From the sequence record MK310184: DNA of 64,000 nucleotides; one strand, given 5' to 3'. Source of the DNA: Phage NC-G. Every line of letters starts with the position of its first letter. Position 1 is the stretch's first letter. A program made the translations under genes and the position numbers. Below the pieces are notes generated by a model that searched no databases, was not told where the DNA came from, and was given only the letters and a program-made list of their open reading frames with translations. Below are positions 47,650 through 57,833 of the stretch, in pieces.

Positions 47650-48222
47650 TTACCATTCCAATGCTTTCTTTTTCAAGTCTTTTTGTTCTTTCACATTTTT
47701 GGTTACGGATTTCAGGAACTCATCCGTAACCAACCCTTTCATCTTCTTAAGCATTGCCGGAAGATGGCCTTTAATTTTATAAGTCTCGAGATAACGATAA
47801 GCGTCATCATTATTAATTGAATGGTATTTCATCAATAAACGAGTAATAAAAACTACACTAACTTCATCATCATGGGCCTTAGCCCATTTACCAAATCTCT
47901 TACCCTTAGGAACAGCATGTAAAAGATAGTTGAAGTGACTTTGGTCGTCAAGTTTAAGACAGTTAACCATTGCAGCTTGCATAATGCAATCTACGTGTTG
48001 GCTCAAACTATTATCGAGCCAGAATTGATTATAGTTTTCCGATTGAGCCAAGTTACGTTGTTTCTTACCGTATGTGATATCGTTCATAATGGCAAACAAT
48101 TCGTTTTCAGCCTTTTCTTTAAATGAATCGGCCAAGGCTTGAATAGCAGCGTCGTTACGTTGTTTCCAAGCAACTTCATGTTCATTCAGTTCAACGTCAT
48201 CATCAAAAAGACTTATAGCCAT
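47650..48222 (-). CDS. 62: Clamp loader small subunit gp62
   Basis: 190 aa (T4 gp62 187 aa); synteny between regA and 44. Confidence 0.8.
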   Translation of the reverse strand: MAISLFDDDVELNEHEVAWKQRNDAAIQALADSFKEKAENELFAIMNDITYGKKQRNLAQSENYNQFWLDNSLSQHVDCIMQAAMVNCLKLDDQSHFNYLLHAVPKGKRFGKWAKAHDDEVSVVFITRLLMKYHSINNDDAYRYLETYKIKGHLPAMLKKMKGLVTDEFLKSVTKNVKEQKDLKKKALEW

Positions 48223-49172
48223 TGGAGCTCCAGAGCAAGTTGGATAAACAGATAGGTCAGGTGAATTTCTGGGTTAGCAGCAATACCATGGTATTGGTTA
48301 TTTTCACCGACGATTTCATACATTCTAACAATGCTTGGCCCAGGCAATTTACCATAGAGTTCGTTAGCCAATGTCATAATAAAGTTGGCATAATCATTGA
48401 CATGGCGTGGAGCTAATGCACGGAGTTCTTTAAAGTTTTTATCTTTCAGTGCAGCCACTACTTCATCAATAGGCGAATTGGTATTCATTACAATACTCAA
48501 AATGCCTGTATCGATTTTACCGCTTGAGGAATAACGGTCTAGTTGGTTAACTGTTTTACGGAAGTCAGGGAAGTTTTGTTTAACTAAAGCAGCAATAACT
48601 TTAAGGTCTTCGACTTCAACATTTTCATTTTTACAAATTGCTACTGCACGATGAATCATTTCTTTCATCATGGCTGTTTGGTCAGCTGGAGTGGCTTCAC
48701 CAAATTTAATTACACGACAACGGGATTGAAGTGGACCAATGATACCATCAATATTGTTTGCTGTAATAATTACAGAACAGTTTGAGGAATAGGCCTCTAA
48801 GAATGAACGAAGGTGGCGTTGGGCTTCAGCAACACCAGCACGGTCGAATTCGTCAATAACAATTACCTTACGTTTACCTTCGATAGATTTAGAAGATGCA
48901 AAACGAGTAAGTTCGTTACGAACGAAATCAATACGGCAGTCAGAACCGTTAACAAACAACATGTCTGAATTTGTATCAGCACACAATGCTTTAGCTACAG
49001 TAGTTTTACCTGTGCCTGGTGAAGCAGAGACTAGGATAATGTTAGGGATTAGGCCCTTATTAACAATGGCTTGGAGAGTTTCTTTATCATGAGCAGGCAG
49101 AATACATTCGGATAAAGTACCTGGACGATATTTCTGTTCCCACATGAATTCATTATTATTTACTGTAAGCAT
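48213..49172 (-). CDS. 44: Clamp loader large subunit gp44 (AAA+)
   Basis: 319 aa, same length as T4 gp44; SPGTGKTT and DEFDR motifs; C-terminal ...MYEIVGENNQYHGIAANPE.HL.YLFIQLA.E.QW. Confidence 0.9.
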   Translation of the reverse strand: MLTVNNNEFMWEQKYRPGTLSECILPAHDKETLQAIVNKGLIPNIILVSASPGTGKTTVAKALCADTNSDMLFVNGSDCRIDFVRNELTRFASSKSIEGKRKVIVIDEFDRAGVAEAQRHLRSFLEAYSSNCSVIITANNIDGIIGPLQSRCRVIKFGEATPADQTAMMKEMIHRAVAICKNENVEVEDLKVIAALVKQNFPDFRKTVNQLDRYSSSGKIDTGILSIVMNTNSPIDEVVAALKDKNFKELRALAPRHVNDYANFIMTLANELYGKLPGPSIVRMYEIVGENNQYHGIAANPEIHLTYLFIQLALELQWL

Positions 49173-49210
49173 ATTAATTTCCTCAGGTTTGTTTTTACAT
49201 TATACTCCAA

Positions 49211-49227
49211 GGGAGGAATTTCCTCCC
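49211..49227 (-). promoter_or_regulatory. Perfect palindromic hairpin between genes 45 and 44
   Basis: GGGAGGA-ATT-TCCTCCC, followed on the minus strand by TGGAGTATAATG and the gene 44 ribosome-binding site. Confidence 0.45.
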
Positions 49228-49233
49228 TATGCT

Positions 49234-49932
49234 TTAGAACGAGTGGCTTGAGCCTGCTTCCATAGCTAATACGTAAGAAGCTTGTGTACCTTCAAACTTA
49301 GCTGCAAATCGAGCATCTTGACCTTCACCACGAGCCCATAACAATACATGATAATCGGCCGGCATCATTTTCATATTAGTTTTGTTAATGATGAACTTAA
49401 AGTCAGGACCGTCATGGTCGGCCACGACCAGAGAATACAATGGACGAGTTAATTCTTTATCGTCGACTTGTTTATAACCGTTGATAACAATTTTACCATC
49501 GTCTACAGTGATTGCAAATGTATCAATACTCAGACCAGAGGACACACGCATCAACTGTTGATAATCTTCGGCTTTCAGGTCGAAAATAACTTCAGCCACA
49601 GGGAACGGAATAGCTTTACTTGGGAATGCGATTGTGCTTGGGTCGGCAATAGGCCACTTAATTGTTGAACGTTGGTCTTTAATAATTAATGTGGTTTGGT
49701 CTTCACTTACCGAAACTTCAGCACTTTCTGATACCAAAGACAGAATACTTAAGAAGCCATTCAAATCATAGATTGCTGCTTCGATATCGAAGGTATCACT
49801 TACAGTAGCTTCACCATAACTTGCGCCGGTAACAGATCGGGTCAGAATGGTGTTACCTGGTTTAAGCATAATGCCCGGGTTAATACCGGAGAAGTTTTTA
49901 AGAATGTTCAGGGTTTCTTTAGAGAATTTCAT
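49234..49932 (-). CDS. 45: Sliding clamp gp45
   Basis: 232 aa (T4 228 aa); MKFSKETLNILKNF...AIYDLNGFL.ILSLV closely matches T4 gp45 from memory. Confidence 0.9.
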   Translation of the reverse strand: MKFSKETLNILKNFSGINPGIMLKPGNTILTRSVTGASYGEATVSDTFDIEAAIYDLNGFLSILSLVSESAEVSVSEDQTTLIIKDQRSTIKWPIADPSTIAFPSKAIPFPVAEVIFDLKAEDYQQLMRVSSGLSIDTFAITVDDGKIVINGYKQVDDKELTRPLYSLVVADHDGPDFKFIINKTNMKMMPADYHVLLWARGEGQDARFAAKFEGTQASYVLAMEAGSSHSF

Positions 49933-49957
49933 AATGTTTCCTTATCAAGTCAAATTA

Positions 49958-50392
49958 TTAAGCAATTACGATCATTTGTTTACGGATTGATTCAGGCAGA
50001 GATTCAATATACTCTGGAATCTTGGAAGCAACAATGGCACCGGCTTCAAGCAACTGCTCATCAGGGTCGACGCAATAATCATCTTCTAAACGTTCAGAAC
50101 CGTCGCGGTCGATAACAAGTTTAGCACCTGCAGCCAAAGAATCTTTAAAGTGTTTACGCATGATTTCAATCCACTTATCAGATACATCATTATCGATGAT
50201 ACTGTACAGCATAAACTTGGTTTCTTGTGGAAGAGACTGCAGACGACGTGCAGAGTCGGTATCAATATTCAGTACCCATGATTTACGGATACGGTTCTGA
50301 TTATGTGGGTTGGAATCAGTACGGATGGTTTTAACTTGGATATCTTTAACGGTAACGCCATTAGAAGTAGCAAACATAATATTTTCTCTCAT
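49958..50392 (-). CDS. rpbA: Protein at the rpbA position (RNA polymerase-binding protein A)
   Basis: 144-aa ORF; synteny between 45 and 46. Confidence 0.45.
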   Translation of the reverse strand: MRENIMFATSNGVTVKDIQVKTIRTDSNPHNQNRIRKSWVLNIDTDSARRLQSLPQETKFMLYSIIDNDVSDKWIEIMRKHFKDSLAAGAKLVIDRDGSERLEDDYCVDPDEQLLEAGAIVASKIPEYIESLPESIRKQMIVIA

Positions 50393-50433
50393 TTAGTTGG
50401 TAAATGTATTATAAATCAATATTTTAAAGCAAT

Positions 50434-50625
50434 TTAATCAAAATACTCATAGACAAACCATGCTGGATTTCTATTTGACATGATTGTAACATATTCTGAC
50501 TTAAAAGCATTTTGGAGATATTCCTCAGTAACAAGATGTTCATCTCCAGAGAAGTTGTTAACTAAAACATATCTCTTTATTTCTGGAACGGCCAACAAAT
50601 GCTGGCCTGTTATAAAATCACTCAT
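50434..50625 (-). CDS. Hypothetical protein
   Basis: 63-aa ORF. Confidence 0.4.
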   Translation of the reverse strand: MSDFITGQHLLAVPEIKRYVLVNNFSGDEHLVTEEYLQNAFKSEYVTIMSNRNPAWFVYEYFD

Positions 50626-52304
50626 TCCATCACCGTGAATCGTCCAACTTTCTTCATTTGAAGATGTTGGCCATAAGCTTGTGGGTCATGGTCTCGGTGA
50701 GAGATAATGAACACGTTCGTATCCTCAAGGCTATTCAAGATGGTTGCAATGCTCTTAACGCCTTCAGCGTCGGTTGCACTGTCAAATACCTCATCAAGAA
50801 TCAGTGTGGATATATTAACACCTGATACCCTAGAAGCAATATCACGCCATGTAAAAAGTAGTGCGATATCAATACGTGCTTTCTCACCCTGTGAAAATGA
50901 AGCATAACTAAAGTCTTCACGTCCACGTGATTTAATCGTCTCATTGAATTCTTCGTCTAGAGTAAAGACGTAGTCCGCCTCCATAATCTTCAAATAAGAA
51001 TTAATCTGCTTATTAAAGATAGGAATGTATTTCTTAATAATAGAACCTTTAATACCAGTATCCTTCAACATTTCTGTCAGAATTCCACGATGATATTTTT
51101 CCATTACCAAGGACGATTTGGTAGAGACGATTTTATCAAGCTCTGCTTGAAGCGTAGCAATCTCTTCGGCATTACTTACGAACTCAGCTGCCGCTTGGTC
51201 AATTAATATCTTAACCTTTTTGGCTTTCTCTACAGCAGTAATAGCTTGCTGCTTATGAGTAGCTATCTGAGATTTAATAGCCAACGCTTTATTGCGTTGT
51301 TCGGTTACTTGGTCTTTAATGAGCTTGAGTTCTTGGTATTGCTCATTAATCTTATCCAAAGATTTTTGAAGCTCAAAGTTTTTATCCTTAATTTTGGTAA
51401 GGATGTTTCCATGCTCTTCTAATCCTTGCATACATGTAGGGCAGTGACCACCTGTTTCGTATAATTTAACCACCTTTGTAAAGGTCGCCATATCATTTTT
51501 GATTGCAAATCCTTTATTACTCAGGTCACTCATGGAGTCGCTAGGGTCATCATCTACGATAACATTGAGTAATTCATCAGTCAGAGATTCTATGCTCGCC
51601 TTCGCAGTCCTGGCTTCTTTAACGAGCTCATCATACATTAATTGTAGACGGGCAGCGTTTTCGCCAGATAATTTACGTTGACGTTCTTCGTTGTCATTAT
51701 AAATTTTAATTTGTTGGGTAATAGAATCTTGCTTAACATCTATTACTTGGATTTGGCTATTAGTCTCACGAATCAAAGATTTGTTTAACTTATCCATATC
51801 CGCTAATACAGAAACCTCTAAGAGGTCTTCGACGAGTTTTCTTCTTGCAGGAGTGGATAGGCCCATAAAAGGGGTATATCCAGCTGTGCCGAGTACGACA
51901 ATTTGTTTGAAGCTTGCATAGGACATTCCGATAAGCTGTTCAAATTCCGCTTGGAAGTCTTTACTGCTGGCAGATTCATCAAGACGTTCACCGTCACAAG
52001 AGATTTCAAAAACGTTGGGTTTTTGCCCGCGTTTGATATAGTATTCTTTGCCATCATATTCCATCCACAGTTCGACCAAAAGGTCTTTCTTGTTACTTGA
52101 GTTAATCAACTGCCCTTTCTTAACATCACGAAAAGGCTTACCAAACAGAGCAAATGTTACAGCTTCAAGGAATGTTGATTTCCCTGCACCATTTTTACCA
52201 GTGACTAAGGTCTTTTGGACCTTATCAAGTTGGATTGTAATGGGCTGCTGCCCTACCGACATAATATTTTTATACGTTACTTTTTTTAACTTAAAAGTCT
52301 TCAT
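50622..52304 (-). CDS. 46: Recombination endonuclease subunit gp46 (Rad50/SbcC-like)
   Basis: Start at MKTFKL; Walker A GKNGAGKST; long stretches match T4 gp46 from memory. Confidence 0.9.
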   Translation of the reverse strand: MKTFKLKKVTYKNIMSVGQQPITIQLDKVQKTLVTGKNGAGKSTFLEAVTFALFGKPFRDVKKGQLINSSNKKDLLVELWMEYDGKEYYIKRGQKPNVFEISCDGERLDESASSKDFQAEFEQLIGMSYASFKQIVVLGTAGYTPFMGLSTPARRKLVEDLLEVSVLADMDKLNKSLIRETNSQIQVIDVKQDSITQQIKIYNDNEERQRKLSGENAARLQLMYDELVKEARTAKASIESLTDELLNVIVDDDPSDSMSDLSNKGFAIKNDMATFTKVVKLYETGGHCPTCMQGLEEHGNILTKIKDKNFELQKSLDKINEQYQELKLIKDQVTEQRNKALAIKSQIATHKQQAITAVEKAKKVKILIDQAAAEFVSNAEEIATLQAELDKIVSTKSSLVMEKYHRGILTEMLKDTGIKGSIIKKYIPIFNKQINSYLKIMEADYVFTLDEEFNETIKSRGREDFSYASFSQGEKARIDIALLFTWRDIASRVSGVNISTLILDEVFDSATDAEGVKSIATILNSLEDTNVFIISHRDHDPQAYGQHLQMKKVGRFTVME

Positions 52305-52554
52305 CGTTATAAGCATCCTTGATGCATGATTCAGCCATATGAATTAATGTTTCTGGAGTATCATCTACCATTACATTAAAGCTAAATTCCACAGCCCAAT
52401 CGGTAGCAACATAAACTTTAATAAGCTCGCCGGTATCACGAGTGCTCACAGCTTCAAACCAGAACTTAATTGTACTAGGTTGGCCATCATCGTCAATAAC
52501 TATACAGTCGTGTTCCAGTTCAAGTCCCGATTTTTTGAATTCATCTAAAGTCAT
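52291..52554 (-). CDS. Hypothetical protein
   Basis: 87-aa ORF between 47 and 46. Confidence 0.45.
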   Translation of the reverse strand: MTLDEFKKSGLELEHDCIVIDDDGQPSTIKFWFEAVSTRDTGELIKVYVATDWAVEFSFNVMVDDTPETLIHMAESCIKDAYNDEDF

Positions 52555-53573
52555 CGTGTAACCTCATTATAAAGTTGTGCGGCCATAGTCTTAAGGGCTT
52601 TAACATCGTCTTCAGTGTGGCCATCAGGAAGGGCATCGATATAATCATACATCATATCCAAGAGGGACTTAACTTCATCTTCCTCTTCAGAATCATCGAT
52701 ATCAACGCTGTTATCTACCTTAGACACAATACGTAAAGAGTGAACAACCTTTTCAAGCTCTGATTCGAACTTAGTAAGCCCGTCATCGATTTTATCGACT
52801 ATAACACGAACTGCGATATTTGTAAAATCTTTGTAATCGATGGTTGCATTAGGATAATGAATCTTACGGTGCCAACAGGTTTCATTAATTACGAAATCCA
52901 TTTTATGCGTTTCGGTATCGAAAATCCAGAAGCCACGAGGGTCGTTCTCATCACCAGCAGTTAGAGTCCATGGGGTGCCAATGTACTTGACGTTTGCTGC
53001 ATCAGAAATAGTGTGGAAGTGACCAGACCAAACTTGCTTATACTTTTTAAGGAAATCAGGTTCTAAACCGTGAGATTTCATTCCTTTATAGAAATAGAAA
53101 CCATTTAATTCCCAGTGACCAATACAGAAATCTGCTGTAGTATTTTTGATATGTTCCATGATATCAGTCGTGTTTTCTTCACACATCCATGGAATCAAAT
53201 CAATTTCTGTGCCATCAAAGTTAACCGTAGTAGGTTTTTCAATAACCTTGATATGGTCATATTTACCCAGAACTTCAGAAGCCGCGTTCGGCGTCAGGGT
53301 ATTTTTGTAGTGGGCATCATGGTTACCAACGACCGTATACATGGTAATGCCACTTTCTTTAAGCAAATCCGAAATATGTCTAGCAAATTCCATGCACTTA
53401 TGGGTAATTGCTTTACGGACGTCAAAGATATCACCATACTGAATCCAAACCGTGATACCGTTTGCTTTAGAATAATTGATGGCGTCTTTAATGCCGGCTA
53501 ATTGAATATTCTGCACCCAAGGGTCATCGTTCTTCACTCCAAGGTGCCAGTCACCTGTATTAAGAATTTTCAT
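52551..53573 (-). CDS. 47: Recombination endonuclease subunit gp47 (Mre11/SbcD-like)
   Basis: Start at MKILNTGDWHLGV; calcineurin-like phosphoesterase motifs; about 340 aa as in T4. Confidence 0.9.
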   Translation of the reverse strand: MKILNTGDWHLGVKNDDPWVQNIQLAGIKDAINYSKANGITVWIQYGDIFDVRKAITHKCMEFARHISDLLKESGITMYTVVGNHDAHYKNTLTPNAASEVLGKYDHIKVIEKPTTVNFDGTEIDLIPWMCEENTTDIMEHIKNTTADFCIGHWELNGFYFYKGMKSHGLEPDFLKKYKQVWSGHFHTISDAANVKYIGTPWTLTAGDENDPRGFWIFDTETHKMDFVINETCWHRKIHYPNATIDYKDFTNIAVRVIVDKIDDGLTKFESELEKVVHSLRIVSKVDNSVDIDDSEEEDEVKSLLDMMYDYIDALPDGHTEDDVKALKTMAAQLYNEVTR

Positions 53574-54177
53574 TGCGTATTCGTTCCCACATTTTGGAGG
53601 CTGCTTTAGAAGCAGAGCCAGGAAGTTTACCTTTGACCCACCCATCAGGAATATTAGATGGATTAATCAGTTTATGTTCTATTCCGTTATTATACCACTT
53701 CCTGCCCTTATTATGACTAGATGCTTTATAATTAGGCGAACGGCCCTCTACATATCCTTCAGGAACCGTGGGTGCAAAGGTTTGTTCTAATGTAGCAGGA
53801 TTATAGGAATGGATATATCCCTTGGCATTATGAGAACCATAAAGAGGATGCTGTTCTTTAGGTAGCGAAAGCCCAAAGAACCCTTTAGGGGCTGCAATAG
53901 ACCTATTAAAGAACAGAGGGTTTTGAGCTGCATCCATTCTTAATTGGTACGTTCTTTCAGCTTCTAAAGCCTCTTCTCTTGTAGGGTGTTCACTTACAAT
54001 ACACGAGTCAAATAATTCAGGATGCTCTAAAAGCTCCTTGTTATAGATTTCTTTATATGCTTTAGAAAGAACACTCCCATGGTATCCTTTTAAATGCTTC
54101 TCTAAAGTAGTGGACCCTATATAAAACGGTGGAAGCTTAGTCCCGGAATATATTGTCAGGTATGTGATGTATTTCAT
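53560..54177 (-). mobile_element. Putative GIY-YIG homing endonuclease (Seg-like) at the alpha-glucosyltransferase position
   Basis: N-terminal YITYLTIYSGTKLPPFYIGST...H...E...YQ pattern; C-terminal NUMOD3-like GRKWYNNGIEHKLINPSNIPDGWVKG. Confidence 0.45.
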
Positions 54178-54204
54178 AGATTTATTTTATCATCCGAATA
54201 TAAA

Positions 54205-54228
54205 GCAAAAAAGGAGCCTAAGCTCCTT
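54205..54228 (-). terminator. Rho-independent terminator
   Basis: AAGGAGC-CTAA-GCTCCTT followed by TTTT on the minus strand. Confidence 0.5.
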
Positions 54229-54480
54229 TACCAACTAATACACCATACAGAGGTTCGCGATTAGACGTGAACTTGATTTTCTTATACGTAATAGTACCTT
54301 CATTTTCTGCTTTAATACGAGTGGCTTCAAATTGAAGTATCATCTCATTTTTGTCAGATTTAATCTTATCAAAATCCATCGAATTCGTCATTCATAAAAC
54401 CTCTTAAACTTTTTCGTATTCGTCATTCATAAGCTTAAAAATCCGGGTGTTCGTCTTTCATTAGCCACCTGTCCACGTTA

Positions 54481-54681
54481 TCATCGTTGCCACCATTTTT
54501 TAAGTTGATGTGAATCCACCCAAACCTTGGCTACAGGCTCAATCTGAAAAATTCCATCAGAATATTGGCCCATCATTTTATATTCGGTTTCGGACTGCTT
54601 AATACAGATATTACCGTATGAGCGAAGTCTAAAGGCGGCTCCAATAAGAAGCCGTTTAAAGGGTTTATTTACTAGAGCCAT
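54481..54681 (-). CDS. Hypothetical protein
   Basis: 66-aa ORF. Confidence 0.35.
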   Translation of the reverse strand: MALVNKPFKRLLIGAAFRLRSYGNICIKQSETEYKMMGQYSDGIFQIEPVAKVWVDSHQLKKWWQR

Positions 54682-54976
54682 TGACGATTTCCCAAATTTG
54701 TTTGCGGGTAGATTCCCACATCAATTGAACAAGTTCATCAGTAACAGGTTGACGGTAAATACCGCGTAATTTAATTAAAGCGTACTTATATGCTTCAAAG
54801 TTGTTTTCAAGTACAGCGCCTTGGGCATGGAGATTTAAACGACGGATTTCACGAGCATTCTTCTTAAGAATCTTAGCCGCTTGCGAATTAGCTTCTTTAA
54901 TATTGTGCTCTTCTAAACGTTGCTGGGCTTCTTCAATTTGCTCATCAGTCAATTGAGAAATGTCATGGCTTTGCAT
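54665..54976 (-). CDS. Hypothetical protein
   Basis: 103-aa ORF. Confidence 0.45.
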   Translation of the reverse strand: MQSHDISQLTDEQIEEAQQRLEEHNIKEANSQAAKILKKNAREIRRLNLHAQGAVLENNFEAYKYALIKLRGIYRQPVTDELVQLMWESTRKQIWEIVNGSSK

Positions 54977-54977
54977 A

Positions 54978-55229
54978 TTAATCCTTTGGAGTCAATTCAA
55001 TAGTGAAGTAGAAATTAGCGTTCTCAACATGATAACGATAATCTACGTTATTGTCAGGAGAAGTGAATTCAATATTCCTGACGTTAAGTGGGTCAATATC
55101 AATAGGAAGGCCTTTAACATCTCGTAATATCAATTTAATAAAATAAGGGAGTGCTTCGAAGTCTTCCATTCCATCTAAAAGTGGAGTGATATTAATCTGA
55201 TGTTCCATATAAAAAATCCAGTTCACCAA
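54978..55229 (-). CDS. Hypothetical protein
   Basis: 83-aa ORF. Confidence 0.4.
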   Translation of the reverse strand: MVNWIFYMEHQINITPLLDGMEDFEALPYFIKLILRDVKGLPIDIDPLNVRNIEFTSPDNNVDYRYHVENANFYFTIELTPKD

Positions 55230-55749
55230 CTTTAGGTTCAGCGCTCTTATCAGACCCTGGTGCTTTAGTTAAAGAGGTTTCATACTGTGTCATTTTATCG
55301 TAGATATCTTGGATAAAGGTTTCATCTGCAATACCTACCATGTCGTCGTCATTAGCGTCATAAACGTTATGGACGAAGTAGCTGTATTTCTTTGCCATTT
55401 CTTTACGTTCTTTTTTGATACGCTGAACGAAGGCATTAAAACAAGCCATAGTGATATATGCATGTGGGTTGTCGTATTTTGTTTCGTCGAAGTTGTGAAG
55501 ACCTTTAATCGAAGCTTCGATTCCATCAGCAATCATTTCTTGCTTCCAGGATTGGGTATATCCTGAGAAGTTGAAACGCTTAGAAAGGCCTTCAGCAATG
55601 AGCATAATAGCCAAGCCGATAACGTCGTTCTGACGAACTATTTTATTAGGGTCGGTATTTTCTCGGAGCTCCGTTTTCCACTGGGTAATGGCTTTAAGAA
55701 GCTCCTTATTATTTACATAGTTATTTTTAGTCAGTTTAATTTCGGTCAT
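55192..55749 (-). CDS. 55: Late-transcription sigma factor gp55
   Basis: 185 aa, same length as T4 gp55; [15 protein letters not shown]...[58 protein letters not shown]. Confidence 0.9.
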   Translation of the reverse strand: MTEIKLTKNNYVNNKELLKAITQWKTELRENTDPNKIVRQNDVIGLAIMLIAEGLSKRFNFSGYTQSWKQEMIADGIEASIKGLHNFDETKYDNPHAYITMACFNAFVQRIKKERKEMAKKYSYFVHNVYDANDDDMVGIADETFIQDIYDKMTQYETSLTKAPGSDKSAEPKVGELDFLYGTSD

Positions 55750-55815
55750 TGTTACCTCAGATAACTCAAATCATAGGTCTATTATATCATAGTATTTGGA
55801 GACCTGTTTAAAGCA

Positions 55816-56079
55816 TCAACGGAGTAAGCAATAAGCCTGAAATACCGTTTCAAGGATTTGTGTGAATTCAGGATAAGAAATTGTATCGGTACATCCATGT
55901 TCAGACATATATCCGCAAAATTCTTTAAAAAGTTCTGGATAATCTCGTTGGTTGTATTTAGAGATATGAGACTTCCATACTAAAGAAGTCTCGCCACAAA
56001 CAAACTCCACATCCATACAGTTATCTATTAAGAAAAATCCTAGACCTTCATAAGCGAGGGTGGTGGATATAGGTTTCAT
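55816..56079 (-). CDS. Hypothetical protein
   Basis: 87-aa ORF. Confidence 0.4.
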   Translation of the reverse strand: MKPISTTLAYEGLGFFLIDNCMDVEFVCGETSLVWKSHISKYNQRDYPELFKEFCGYMSEHGCTDTISYPEFTQILETVFQAYCLLR

Positions 56080-56342
56080 TGTAGGAATCTGGCTCCTTCT
56101 AGTGCATCGTCAAGATTATCAAACTCATCAACGTAATCAATACCACCAACCTCGTCTTTAGCGTATAGCCAGTACTGTTTAAATTCATATTCGATAATAA
56201 AGTGATCGCCTTCGATTTGAAGTACATTGGCGTCATTAATTTGGACCGTATATCCAACTAGGCGGACATCATTAAGGATTTCTTCTTTCATGGTAATCAT
56301 TTCCAGGTTTTTATCGTAATTAGAGAGTTTTATTTTAATCAT
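56076..56342 (-). CDS. Hypothetical protein
   Basis: 88-aa ORF. Confidence 0.4.
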   Translation of the reverse strand: MIKIKLSNYDKNLEMITMKEEILNDVRLVGYTVQINDANVLQIEGDHFIIEYEFKQYWLYAKDEVGGIDYVDEFDNLDDALEGARFLQ

Positions 56343-56668
56343 TTCGCAGCCTTAACAATTTTCAGGTCAACGAATTTTTTCTTACGTTGGTTTTTCATAC
56401 GACGAATAGTTTTATCTGTGATTTCACCCGGGTGCCAAGCTTTAGATTCAACACCAAAGGCAGCAACGTCAAACTCATCAAGGATATATTGAACCAGGAT
56501 TTCACGAATACCATTCTTACCAATTTTCTGGTCTTTAGAACGCATGATTGGTAACAGTTCGGCAACCCATTGGTCGAGAATTTCAGGAGTCACAAAACCT
56601 GTATTCATCAGTTCGTTTACTTTATCGAAAGCGAAAGAGTTCAGCACGTTTTTGATTGCTTGTGACAT
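56339..56668 (-). CDS. Hypothetical protein (MSQAI N-terminus)
   Basis: 109 aa; shares a 28-nt leader-plus-start sequence with the gene at 63111..63959. Confidence 0.45.
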   Translation of the reverse strand: MSQAIKNVLNSFAFDKVNELMNTGFVTPEILDQWVAELLPIMRSKDQKIGKNGIREILVQYILDEFDVAAFGVESKAWHPGEITDKTIRRMKNQRKKKFVDLKIVKAAK

Positions 56669-56706
56669 AATAATTTCCTCAGTTTAAATTTATAATCCGT
56701 AGGACC

Positions 56707-56736
56707 ATTATACTCTGATCCCAAGAGTTTGTAAAC
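56707..56736 (-). promoter_or_regulatory. Early promoter
   Basis: GTTTAC, 18 nt, TATAAT. Confidence 0.55.
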
Positions 56737-56936
56737 TATTTTTGTTTTAGTGCGCCTTTCCAGCCTTCGTACATCATTGCAGCTGAAATTAATATTGCTC
56801 CTGAGCATTTTGAATATTTGTTATTCCAAAACCAGTTAAGAAATACTTCGTCATCAATACCTTGGGCTATCATATTTTCAAAGAATTGACGACGGGCTTC
56901 AGCAATACGTTGTGATAATTTAGATTCAGGATTCAT
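56736..56936 (-). CDS. Hypothetical protein
   Basis: 66-aa ORF. Confidence 0.4.
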   Translation of the reverse strand: MNPESKLSQRIAEARRQFFENMIAQGIDDEVFLNWFWNNKYSKCSGAILISAAMMYEGWKGALKQK

Positions 56937-57068
56937 TTAAATTTTCCAGTTACCGTTTTCATCAATAAATTTAATCCAGTCATTTACTGACCACTTAGTC
57001 GTATCGCCTTTTGGAGCAGAATTTAAAGTATACAACCCTTGCTTAAAAAGCATTCGTTTGATATTCAT
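56937..57068 (-). CDS. Small hypothetical protein
   Basis: Start placed at MNIKRM after GAGGAAAATATG; track ORF over-extended. Confidence 0.3.
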   Translation of the reverse strand: MNIKRMLFKQGLYTLNSAPKGDTTKWSVNDWIKFIDENGNWKI

Positions 57069-57075
57069 ATTTTCC

Positions 57076-57393
57076 TCAGCTATAACGATAACATTCGTTT
57101 GATTTACGTTTTGCAACTCGATGAGAAGTATTGTAATCAGGTTCATCGTCACTGTAAACATCTTTTTTCAGCTTTCTCACTTCTTTACGAAGTTGGCGGT
57201 TCATTTCATTCTTAACTTCAGAATCAACACCACGCATACGTTTCCATTTGTCTGAACGGAAGATATTTTCTTCAACTCGTTCCTGACTTACACCGTCGGG
57301 TGCTTTACGACGTCCTGAATAACAAAAATCTTTTACAGACAATTCTTTACGACGGATAGTTTTACCCATAGTTACCTCAGCAGTTAGCATCAA
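57076..57393 (-). CDS. Hypothetical basic protein
   Basis: 105-aa Lys/Arg-rich ORF. Confidence 0.4.
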   Translation of the reverse strand: MMLTAEVTMGKTIRRKELSVKDFCYSGRRKAPDGVSQERVEENIFRSDKWKRMRGVDSEVKNEMNRQLRKEVRKLKKDVYSDDEPDYNTSHRVAKRKSNECYRYS

Positions 57394-57625
57394 TAAGATT
57401 TTTAATGTATTGGATATCGCGAATTCCTAAATCCAATTTAATATCTTCAAGGCGGTCGCCTAAAGTAAGAAATGTTACGTGTTTCCAATTCTTAACAGGA
57501 CAACAATAAGTTTTAGGGCCGTTAGCGATTTCAATATTTTTATCTGTGATAGTAATAAAAATCAAACGTTCGTCATCAAGATTCAGGGTAATAACATTTC
57601 TCTTTGCGTGTATTTTCAGGCTCAT
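57377..57625 (-). CDS. Hypothetical protein
   Basis: 82-aa ORF. Confidence 0.4.
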   Translation of the reverse strand: MSLKIHAKRNVITLNLDDERLIFITITDKNIEIANGPKTYCCPVKNWKHVTFLTLGDRLEDIKLDLGIRDIQYIKNLIDANC

Positions 57626-57804
57626 GATTTAATTTCCTTTGCTACTGAACAAAACACAGAACGGTCACACACCATAAGTGGAGCTTCAGGCCGGCTCAAA
57701 GGTTGATACCATACATCAAGAACGGTCACCTTAGTTACCTGGACAGGGTAGCCATTTACTGAATAATACTGGTCAACTTTAATTTCTTTATCTTGGATAG
57801 TCAT
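57622..57804 (-). CDS. Hypothetical protein
   Basis: 60-aa ORF. Confidence 0.35.
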   Translation of the reverse strand: MTIQDKEIKVDQYYSVNGYPVQVTKVTVLDVWYQPLSRPEAPLMVCDRSVFCSVAKEIKS

Positions 57805-57833
57805 AATGTTCTCCTCATGTGTTGATAGGATAG

